This document shows, one piece after another, positions 56,556 to 64,000 of a DNA stretch of 64,000 nucleotides (the first letter of the stretch is position 1; every line of letters begins with the position of its first letter). The translations under genes were made by a program, and so were the position numbers. Below the pieces are notes generated by a model that ran no database searches, had not been told where the DNA came from, and was given only the letters and a program-made list of their open reading frames with translations. This DNA comes from Candidatus Multivorans sp. (lineage in GTDB: Bacteria; Acidobacteriota; Thermoanaerobaculia; Multivoradales; Multivoraceae): NCBI GenBank assembly GCA_965247095.1, contig OZ251997.1, positions 1,440,001 through 1,504,000 on the forward strand, written 5' to 3'.

Positions 56556-56677
56556 CCCAACACGGATGCTCGCTCCGACTTGGTGTCGGTTTGTGTGAGC
56601 ACGCGGGGCGTCGCTCGCTTCGAGCCCGCTGGGCCCCCTTCGCAGGCTGGACGTTGTCGGGCGGCCGGGTCTTCCCA

Positions 56678-56887
56678 ATGGCTGAGCGCGGCTTCGTCGG
56701 CACGTACCACCGGATGTCGCCCAAGCACTTGCACCGCTACGTCGCGGAGTTCGTGGGACGCCAGAACCAGCGCGAGGAAGACACACTCGACCAGATGCTC
56801 GACATGGTTCGCGGCATGATCGGACGACGGCTGATGTACAGCAGCCTCATTGAACCGAACGGCCTACCGTCAGGAGCGCGCCAGTGA
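56678..56887 (+). pseudogene. IS1595 family transposase, C-terminal fragment
   Basis: RGFVGTYHRMSPKHLHRYVAEFVGRQN...RLMYSSL. Confidence 0.8.
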
Positions 56888-57799
56888 GTCGGGAAGTTGT
56901 CCTGCCGCCCGTCAACGACATCACCCCCGAAGAACTCGCCCGGAGACTCGTTACGCCCATGCCCAAGCCGCCCTACAAGGTCATCGCTCACCGAGCCGAT
57001 CACCCGCTCAAGATCGGCGACATCGAGATCTCGTGCTTCGTCTTGGAGGACGAAACGCGGGTGCTGAGCCGGAGAGGAACCGCGGCGGGCATCGGAGTTC
57101 AGATCGGCGGAAGTGGTGATGGTGGCGAAATGCCCGTTTTCATGCATCAGAAGTGCTCTCGCCCTTTGTTGATGCGGGTTTGGTGATGGTGGCGAAATCG
57201 CCCATCCCGTTCACCGCGCCGAGCAGCGGCAAGGTGGTTCACGGCTACCCGGCAACGATGCTTTCGGACCTGTGCTTGGCGATCGTGGAGGCTCACCGGC
57301 ACGGCGCCACCACGTCCAGGCAGCAGGTCATCGTGGATCGCGCCTACGCTCTCAACCGAGGGTTTGCAGCGGTCGGCATCGTCGCCCTCGTCGATGAAGC
57401 GACGGGCTACCAGCGCATCCGCGAGGAACGCGCGCTTGCGGCGATCCTGGAGCGCTACCTGAGCGAGGAACTACAGCCTTGGGTGCGGACATTCCCGTTC
57501 GAGTTCTACGAGTTGATGTTCAAGTTGCGTGGGCACCGAATGCCGCCGCCGAACGGCAAGATGCCGGCGTGGGTCGCTTCACCATCGAACTCGTCTATGC
57601 GCGGTTTGCCCCCGGAGTGCTCCGGGACGTGATGGACCGAACCCCGCGTCTGCCGAGCGGTGAACTCAAGTACCGCCTTCAGCGTTGGAGCGGCTTCATG
57701 CAGCGGTTCAACGTCGCGTCGCCGCAGTTTCGCGAAGACACAAACCAGCTTCAACTCGACCTGGAGCAGAAGACCCGGCAGCGGAAGATGGACCTCTGA
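56884..57799 (+). pseudogene. P63C-domain protein, frameshifted (IS1595 passenger)
   Basis: LKIGDIEISCFVLEDETRVLS, then GIVALVDEATGYQ..WVRTFPFEFY, then IELVYARFAPGVL, split over different frames. Confidence 0.75.
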
Positions 57800-57880
57800 T
57801 GCCCATGCCCCGCGTGGCCGACACGCTATGCACGCCGCGCTACGATCCGTCAAACTCATCACTGAGAGAGGAGACACCGG

Positions 57881-58321
57881 ATGGGCAACGCCAAATCCCG
57901 CATCGTACTGGCACTCCTGTTCACATGTTCAGGATCACTACTAGCCCAGGCGCTGCGTGCCCAAGAAGCGAAGTGGACCTGTACCGAGACGCTGGAGTAT
58001 CTGCGCGGCAGTCGGTTCGCTCACGTCGCGTTGACCCAACCTGCCGACATGCCCGGCGTCGGCGAGGTCTACATCACGCTGGCGAATGTTCGGCGCTTCG
58101 CCGTAGTCCGCAGCCAGGGATTGGAGATCCGGTGGGACTGGAACGACCCTGACAGCGACAACGATGCCGGCTACCGCTATTCGTTCATCATCGAACCGAG
58201 TGGCGAAGGAAGGTACCTCGACTTCGACTTTGGAGAGGAAGATGACGCTGGCGGGGTCTCGGCAAAAGCCCGCCAGCGTTATACCTGCCGCCGGACGCAA
58301 ACGCCGGCGGAGGCGCAATGA
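57881..58321 (+). CDS. Secreted hypothetical protein
   Basis: GAGGAG RBS, signal peptide, two Cys near the termini of the mature part. Confidence 0.6.
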   Translation: MGNAKSRIVLALLFTCSGSLLAQALRAQEAKWTCTETLEYLRGSRFAHVALTQPADMPGVGEVYITLANVRRFAVVRSQGLEIRWDWNDPDSDNDAGYRYSFIIEPSGEGRYLDFDFGEEDDAGGVSAKARQRYTCRRTQTPAEAQ

Positions 58322-58423
58322 GTGTGCTTACTGACCAACGGCCCCTATACGCGCTGCCATAATCCCCCGGCCTCTCGGCTAGTAGTCGAGGGGCCCTGTT
58401 CCACATCCCGAAAGAGGTCCCCC

Positions 58424-58924
58424 ATGTTGACCGACGTTATGTCTGCGGCCGCCGTCGCCCTCTCCTTGGTGGCGATTCTCGTGTCGGTCGCGACCGGTCG
58501 GAACCTCCAAAAACGACAACACCGTTTCGAGCTGCTGGCAACCTGCCTAGAGGATCTATCCGAGCGGGAGAAGAAGGCCGCCCGGTTCGTTCGATGGGAA
58601 GTGCTGGGCGAGTACGACGAGGACAGCGGCTGGAGCCATTACCAGAGCGCGGTTGAGATCTACGGTTTGATGAAGCACCACCTTCTCGACATTGCGGTCC
58701 TCGAAGAGCAGATCAAACGCGTAGAGGACTTCCGATCCCGGCTACTTCGTGGCGAACGCCGCACACCCGATGGTGAGTGGCATCTTCGCGATGCGCTGCA
58801 CATGGAGACAGCTTCGTTTGTTTGGCTGCTGAAGGACGCTGTCGCTAAAGCACTGTACGGCACCGATCCACGGCCGCCGGGAGCGAAGTGGAGGAAGGCT
58901 GGCAGCGCCGCCTCAACCGTCTAG
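58424..58924 (+). CDS. Hypothetical protein with N-terminal TM helix
   Basis: GAGG RBS, hydrophobic N-terminus, lower GC. Confidence 0.55.
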   Translation: MLTDVMSAAAVALSLVAILVSVATGRNLQKRQHRFELLATCLEDLSEREKKAARFVRWEVLGEYDEDSGWSHYQSAVEIYGLMKHHLLDIAVLEEQIKRVEDFRSRLLRGERRTPDGEWHLRDALHMETASFVWLLKDAVAKALYGTDPRPPGAKWRKAGSAASTV

Positions 58925-58940
58925 TCAAGGTTGTAATCCC
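58924..58940. mobile_element. Candidate right terminal inverted repeat of the IS1595-like element (gtcaaggttgtaatccc)
   Basis: Lies where the low-GC cargo ends and resembles IS1595-type ends as I recall them; no matching left end found. Confidence 0.3.
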
Positions 58941-58953
58941 CATCTGAAGCATC

Positions 58954-59427
58954 ATGATCATCGAGACTTGGCGGCGGTACCTGCTGTACATCCTGCTCTT
59001 CGGGGCGGTCGGCCTGTTGGCCGAGTTCTACCTCCTCGGCCACTATGAGGATCGGAAGCAGTGGATCCCGCTGGTGCTGCTCGGTGCCGGCACGGTAGCC
59101 GGAACTTGGCTGGCGGTGCGGCCGTCCTGGTTGGCGGCCCGCGTGTTCCGGGTGATCGTCGCCGCCTACCTGCCGGCCGGCCTGCTCGGCGTCTACTTTC
59201 ACTTCCAGTCCAACGTCGAGTTTGAGCGTGAACTGCACCCGACCTCCAATGGCCTGGAACTCGTGATTGAGAGCCTCGGCGGCGCGATGCCGACACTGGC
59301 GCCGGGAGCGATGATCCTGCTCGGCATGCTCGGTATACTGATCGCCCTCCAGCACCCGGCTGCCGGCGGCTCCGCCGGCACGTCACCGGACGGCGACACG
59401 GCGGACCCTGCCGCCCCGCACAACTAG
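58954..59427 (+). CDS. Hypothetical 4-TM membrane protein
   Basis: EFYLLGHYED, YFHFQSNVEFERE, PTLAPG. Confidence 0.7.
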   Translation: MIIETWRRYLLYILLFGAVGLLAEFYLLGHYEDRKQWIPLVLLGAGTVAGTWLAVRPSWLAARVFRVIVAAYLPAGLLGVYFHFQSNVEFERELHPTSNGLELVIESLGGAMPTLAPGAMILLGMLGILIALQHPAAGGSAGTSPDGDTADPAAPHN

Positions 59428-59459
59428 CCCTCCAATCCCAGATGAGGACCAATCTCCAG

Positions 59460-59912
59460 ATGAATCGCTCGGCTCTAATGTGGGCTACAACGGTTCTGTT
59501 GACCTGCGCCATCCCCGCCGCCGCACAAGTCGGCGCCAATCAGGGTCTCCTCAACCCGAACCTCGCCAGCGAGGAAGAACTCGCCGCGGTCGACGGTCTC
59601 GACGGCGACGCGGTCAAGGCACTCCTCGAAGGCCGTCCGTTCCTGCGCGCCGCGGACCTCCACGCCGTGATCTCGGCTCACGTCGGCGAGGACGCGTACG
59701 ACGGGATCTACGGGGCTCTCTGGGCGCCCATCGACCTGAACGACGCGACCTCCGAGGAAATCGAGCTCATCCCCGGCGTCGGCCGCCGCATGCGGCACGA
59801 GTTCGAGGAGTACCGCCCGTACGAGGCGATGTCCCAGTTCCGCCGCGAGATCGGCAAGTACGTCGACGACGACGAGGTGGAGCGGCTCGCGCGCTACGTC
59901 GAGATCCGGTAG
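59460..59912 (+). CDS. Secreted helix-hairpin-helix (ComEA/PsbU-like) protein
   Basis: Signal peptide; NPNLASEEEL and DLNDATSEEIELIPGVG repeats. Confidence 0.8.
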   Translation: MNRSALMWATTVLLTCAIPAAAQVGANQGLLNPNLASEEELAAVDGLDGDAVKALLEGRPFLRAADLHAVISAHVGEDAYDGIYGALWAPIDLNDATSEEIELIPGVGRRMRHEFEEYRPYEAMSQFRREIGKYVDDDEVERLARYVEIR

Positions 59913-60065
59913 CTCGCCAACGTTGGTACGCCGGAATGCGCTCACACGGTGACCCGCGCACCTCTCTCCAAGCCGTTGCGGTAACCGGCCGGCCCAGGCG
60001 GGGCGTCGGGCGTAGGCCGACTCTGGATTCCATGCGTCGGCATAGCGGATACGCTATGGGGAATC

Positions 60066-60389
60066 GTGAAGTGGTCGGTCGAAACCCATGCCGCCGTCGA
60101 TTCCGAGATCGCGGCCCTACCACCGGGACTTCGAGCCCAGCTGGTGCGCCTGCTCGAGATGGTCGAGACGGTCGGCCTTGACCGGCTGCGCGAACCGCAC
60201 GTACGACACCTGGAGGGCAAGCTCTGGGAGTTGCGGGCCAAGGCGGTTGAGGGAATCGCACGGGGCATCTACGTGACGGCAACGGGGCGGCGCGTAGTGG
60301 TGCTGCATGTCTTTGCGAAGAAGTCGCAGCGCACGCCACGACGGGCCTTGGCAACCGCCCGACAACGACTGGGAGGGGTGACACCATGA
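60066..60389 (+). CDS. RelE/ParE family (Gp49-like) type II toxin
   Basis: EPHVRHLEGKLWELR, LHVFAKKSQRTP; toxin-first arrangement. Confidence 0.88.
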   Translation: MKWSVETHAAVDSEIAALPPGLRAQLVRLLEMVETVGLDRLREPHVRHLEGKLWELRAKAVEGIARGIYVTATGRRVVVLHVFAKKSQRTPRRALATARQRLGGVTP

Positions 60390-60667
60390 CGAAGCTGAAG
60401 GATCTGAAGGCGCGCTTGATGGAGGATCCGGCGTTTCGGGAGGAGTACGCCAGTGCCGACAGCGAGTATGCGTTGATCGAGGCGATGATCCGCGCCCGTA
60501 CTGCGGCGAAGCTGACGCAGGCGGAACTGGCCGAACGGCTCGGCACGACCCAATCGGCGATCGCGCGGCTGGAAGGGGGCCGGGTGTCGCCGTCTTACGC
60601 GACGTTGCGGCGCTATGCGGAAGCGACCGGAACGCGGCTAACGGTCGGATTCGAACGCGCTGGCTGA
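60386..60667 (+). CDS. XRE/HTH antitoxin
   Basis: LTQAELAERLGTTQSAIARLEGG; ATGA overlap with the toxin. Confidence 0.9.
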   Translation: MTKLKDLKARLMEDPAFREEYASADSEYALIEAMIRARTAAKLTQAELAERLGTTQSAIARLEGGRVSPSYATLRRYAEATGTRLTVGFERAG

Positions 60668-60699
60668 CCAGCTAGCCGCCGGCAGGTTCTTCGCCGTAA

Positions 60700-60975
60700 C
60701 GAAAACACCCGGGTGCCGCGGCCGACGATCTGCTTGAACTCGGTCATCGAGCCGACCACCCTGTCGAGCACGATGACCCGGCAGGTCTGGATATCGACGC
60801 CGGTGGACAGCAGGCGCGAGGTGGTGACGAGCGGCAGGTTCGTCTCGCGGGGCGTACTGGCCCCCGTGCGGTCGTGGAACACGAAGCCGTCGCCGTTCGA
60901 TGAGAACGCGAAGGGGATGTTCAGGGTCTCGGCGTAATCCAGCGCCTGCTGCATGCCGTCGCCCACGCTATCCGC
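60700..60975 (-). pseudogene. hsdR: Type I restriction R subunit (EcoAI/EcoEI-like) remnant with massive internal deletion
   Basis: Nuclease segment GMQQALDYA..FSSNGDGF fused directly to helicase segment TTSRLLSTGVD..SMTEFKQIVGRGTR. Confidence 0.8.
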
Positions 60976-61044
60976 CTCAGCGGCCTCCGTGCCGTTCCGC
61001 GTCACTTCGGGCATCCACGCCCGGACCGCCCCCAGGCCGCAAGC

Positions 61045-62301
61045 CTAAGCCACGCCGAAGATCGGCAACGCCGGATAGTCCCCCTTGAGGATGGCCGAGG
61101 CGTCGTCCATGCCCATCCAGCCCTCGATCATCGACGCGTAGACGCGCCGGAAGTCGGTGGTCATCTTCAGGTTGCCGTCGTCCAGGTCGGTAAGGCTGGG
61201 CGGGTCGCCGTAGAAGCCGCCGGCAACGCCCTTGCCGGCGACGAACATCGGACCGGCAGTGCCGTGGTCGGTGCCAAGGCTCCCGTTCTCCTCTACCCGG
61301 CGCCCGAACTCGGTGAACATGAGCACGGCCACGTCGTCGGCACGATCCATACGCTCGATGTCGCGCACGAAACCAGCCACCGCGTCGGACATGTACATGA
61401 GCAGCCGGGCGTGGGTGTCGGCCTGGTGGACGTGGGTGTCGAACGAGTTGCCGCGGAAGCTGACGTAGTAGATGCGGGTCGGCAACTCGGCCTGGATCAG
61501 CGCCGCCACCTTGCGCAGGTCGGCGCCGAGCCCGCCTATGCCGTAGTCGACCGGTGTCTTGTAGCCCGACCAGGCGTCGCGCACGAGAGCCGCGCTCGTG
61601 GCGGCGTTCGAGGCCGTACCGCGCAGGAAGTCGAGGGCGTCGTTGCCGCTCGCCTCGTCGCTGCCGAGCTGCGCGAGCGCCCGCTTCTGCTGCGGCGTAC
61701 CCTGACGCCGCAAGCGTCCCGGATCGTCGAACACCAGGGGCGAATGGCGAGCGGCGCGCACCGCGGGCGACTGCGAACGGGCGACGTTGATGATGTAGTT
61801 CGGGGTGCCGTCGGGACCGTGGTCGTCGGCGAAGCGGCCGAGCCAGCCGAGGGCCTCGCCGCCATTCGGTACGCCGGTGTGCCAGAAGCCCATCGACGAG
61901 AAATGGGAGAGACTGGGGTTCGGGTAGCCGCAGCCTTCGACCACCGCCATCCGCCCCTCCTTGTACAGGCGCTCCATGCCGCTCAGCGACGGATGGAACC
62001 CGGCCTCCTCGGTGAGCCCGATCACGCGCTTCGGGCGGATGCCGAGGTTCGGCCGTACCCGGTAGTACTCGTCGTTGCGGAACGGGACGACCGTGTTCAG
62101 GCCGTCGTTGCCGCCCGACAGCTCGACCACGACGAGGATGCGGCGCGACGCGTCCGAGACGCCGCTCTGTAGTTCCTCGAGCGCCAGCGCCGCCGAAGTG
62201 CGGCCCAGTACCGCGGGCAAACCGGCAGCAACGCCGATGCCGTAGAGGCCCCGGTGCAGGAAATCGCGCCGCGAGCAGCCGCAGGGTAGTCGTTCAGGCA
62301 T
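61045..62301 (-). CDS. DUF1501 domain protein (Tat signal)
   Basis: SRRDFL, LSGGNDGLNTVVP, SHFSS, FDTH, EFGRRVEEN, GTDHG, DFRRVY. Confidence 0.9.
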   Translation of the reverse strand: MPERLPCGCSRRDFLHRGLYGIGVAAGLPAVLGRTSAALALEELQSGVSDASRRILVVVELSGGNDGLNTVVPFRNDEYYRVRPNLGIRPKRVIGLTEEAGFHPSLSGMERLYKEGRMAVVEGCGYPNPSLSHFSSMGFWHTGVPNGGEALGWLGRFADDHGPDGTPNYIINVARSQSPAVRAARHSPLVFDDPGRLRRQGTPQQKRALAQLGSDEASGNDALDFLRGTASNAATSAALVRDAWSGYKTPVDYGIGGLGADLRKVAALIQAELPTRIYYVSFRGNSFDTHVHQADTHARLLMYMSDAVAGFVRDIERMDRADDVAVLMFTEFGRRVEENGSLGTDHGTAGPMFVAGKGVAGGFYGDPPSLTDLDDGNLKMTTDFRRVYASMIEGWMGMDDASAILKGDYPALPIFGVA

Positions 62302-62332
62302 ATCGGCTCCTTGGTTCCTGGTTGCGGGTGCC

Positions 62333-64000
62333 TCAGCCCAACTGGTACTCCGGCGAACTGAAGATGAGGTAGAGCGTCGAACGGAGCGCCTTCTCCACCT
62401 TCCCCGGCGCTCCCTCCGCTTCTTCGTCCAGCCCGGTCGAATCGAGTTCCGCTGCTAGGTAGTCCACCAACGCCCGGCGGCCCGGCCCGGTCACCGGCAC
62501 GCGGAGGAACCGGCGCAGCAGATGATCGACCGCACCCTCCGCGTCGGTGGCTCCAGCCGCCAGCACCATCGCCCGCAGGTCGACATCGAGGGTGTGGCGC
62601 GGAATCAGCTTGACCCGTTCGTATGCCATCGCGTAGCCGCGGTAGCCGCCGTACCGCGTGTTGTACTCCTCGTCGGCGTCGGCCATCGCGTTCGAGGCCG
62701 CGTCGCCCTGCCTGGTCGCCGCGGTGATCGTCATGCCCTGCGCCAACCGCTCGCCGACCTGCCGGTAGATGCCCGGCATGCGCCGGTCCGGATGTCCGAA
62801 CTCCTCGAGCCTGGGCGGGAAGAGCACGGAGCGCATCGCGTTGCCGCGTTCGAGCAACGTCGCCGGCGTGATCCAGGTCCGACCGCCGGCCCAACCGGCG
62901 ACATTCGGCGGGTAGAGCAACTGCTGCCCCAGGCGCCCGGTCAGACTGTTCATGTCCGGCACTGTCGGCGCGGTCGCGGCGCCGAGCTTGCGGTAGGTCG
63001 AGACGACAAGCTGGACCGGACTCTTGATCTGCGTCGCGACCGACGGCGGACTGTAGAAGTCGCGCGACGAGAGGATCGTGCGCAGCAGAACCTTCAACTC
63101 GTATCCGGATTCCCGCAGGCGACGCCCCAGTTCCGCCTGGAGCGCGGGCGCCAAATCCGCGCGCACCAGGTAGCGGAAGAGCTTGCCGGCGATGAACTCA
63201 GCGGTGGCCGGCTGCTCGAGGATGGTGTCGAGCACCTCCTCGCCACCGAGGTTTCCCTCGCGACCCAGGAAGGTCTTGGCGCCGTCGTCGTGGAGCTCGG
63301 CGTCGAACCGGAAGTCGAGCACGTCGTTGGTCCAGCCGGTGAAGGCCCGCGACGCCTCCCGAATGTCCTGCTCGGTGTAGTTGCTCGCGTTTCCCAGGTT
63401 GTTCAGGCCCATCGTGAACAGCTCGAGCAGCTCGCGGCCGAAGTTCTCGTTCGGGTGGTCCTTCACGTTCTCCCGGTTGTCCAGGTAGACCAGCATCGCC
63501 GGGTCGCGCATGACGGCGAGCACCAGGCTGCGGAAGTCGCCGGTGGCGTGGGCACGCAGGGTCCGGTTCTGCAGGGCCATCTTCCGGACGTCGCGGACCT
63601 TGACCTCCGAGGTCGCGAAGTGGTCGTGCCAGAAGAGCGTCATCTTCTCTTCGAGCGGCCGCGGCGTCGCGACCATGCGGTCGCCCCACCACAATGCGAG
63701 TCGCCGCGTTTCCAGCACGTTGCTGCGCAGACCGTAGAAGAACTTGTCGACCACCGGCTGCAGCGGGCGCGAGGAACCCTCAGGCAGGACATCCACGCCC
63801 AACGCGCTCCCCCGCTGCCGCCCGATCCGCACTGCCTGGGCGCGGCTGGGAGGAAATGGGTCCATCCCAACGTCCCAGATCCCCGATTCGTCGAACGGAA
63901 GCAGATCCGAGTCGTCTACCTGCTCGTAGTCCACCAGTCTCGCGACCGCACCCTCGAGGCCCAAGGCAACAAGCTCCTCGATCTGCGCCGGCGTGCCGCC
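62333..64000 (-). CDS. DUF1800 domain protein (5' end beyond the window)
   Basis: EKMTLFWHDHFAT, PAMLVYLDN, PNENFGRELLELFTMG, PPNVAGW, SPEYQL. Confidence 0.9.
   Translation of the reverse strand, partial: GGTPAQIEELVALGLEGAVARLVDYEQVDDSDLLPFDESGIWDVGMDPFPPSRAQAVRIGRQRGSALGVDVLPEGSSRPLQPVVDKFFYGLRSNVLETRRLALWWGDRMVATPRPLEEKMTLFWHDHFATSEVKVRDVRKMALQNRTLRAHATGDFRSLVLAVMRDPAMLVYLDNRENVKDHPNENFGRELLELFTMGLNNLGNASNYTEQDIREASRAFTGWTNDVLDFRFDAELHDDGAKTFLGREGNLGGEEVLDTILEQPATAEFIAGKLFRYLVRADLAPALQAELGRRLRESGYELKVLLRTILSSRDFYSPPSVATQIKSPVQLVVSTYRKLGAATAPTVPDMNSLTGRLGQQLLYPPNVAGWAGGRTWITPATLLERGNAMRSVLFPPRLEEFGHPDRRMPGIYRQVGERLAQGMTITAATRQGDAASNAMADADEEYNTRYGGYRGYAMAYERVKLIPRHTLDVDLRAMVLAAGATDAEGAVDHLLRRFLRVPVTGPGRRALVDYLAAELDSTGLDEEAEGAPGKVEKALRSTLYLIFSSPEYQLG

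Larger units (their letters stand above)
55205..56570 (+). mobile_element. Complete IS110 family insertion sequence (long left non-coding end, short right end)
   Basis: gct at both boundaries (55205-55207, 56568-56570); bridge-RNA guides match the flanks and the end junction; -35 at the right end and -10 at the left end. Confidence 0.9.

Noticed and set aside
1-64000. CRISPR array, tRNA or rRNA genes
   Set aside because: No regularly spaced repeat-spacer series and no recognisable tRNA or rRNA sequence seen by eye; the repeats present are dispersed palindromes

Overview
High-GC bacterial chromosomal window, probably from an Acidobacteriota-like organism (inferred from gene content only). Core and metabolic genes: a respiratory locus with the membrane subunits of Alternative Complex III (actC-actD-actF, but no actA/B/E), two blue-copper-like paralogs, and an aa3-type oxidase in the order I-III-IV-X-II whose subunit I lacks the K-channel lysine; pyrR-pyrB-pyrC; smc; an RND pump with a GbsR/MarR regulator; three PQQ-type dehydrogenases with cytochrome partners; a heme c/copper monooxygenase-like protein; xth; and a DUF1800/DUF1501 pair. 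Accessory and defence elements: an AbiE type IV toxin-antitoxin pair, two Uma2 nucleases each followed by the same multi-hairpin REP-like element, a CBASS with a 5'-truncated cyclase but intact Cap15, a standalone OLD-like nuclease, a RelE/HTH pair, and remnants of hsdR, a TonB receptor and IS1595/P63C. The best-resolved non-coding feature is a complete IS110 element (about 55205-56570). Its bridge RNA target and donor guides, an apparent GC core, the reconstructed target site and a circle-junction promoter can all be read from the sequence. No CRISPR array, tRNA or rRNA was recognised. All family assignments come from motif recognition by eye, not database searches.
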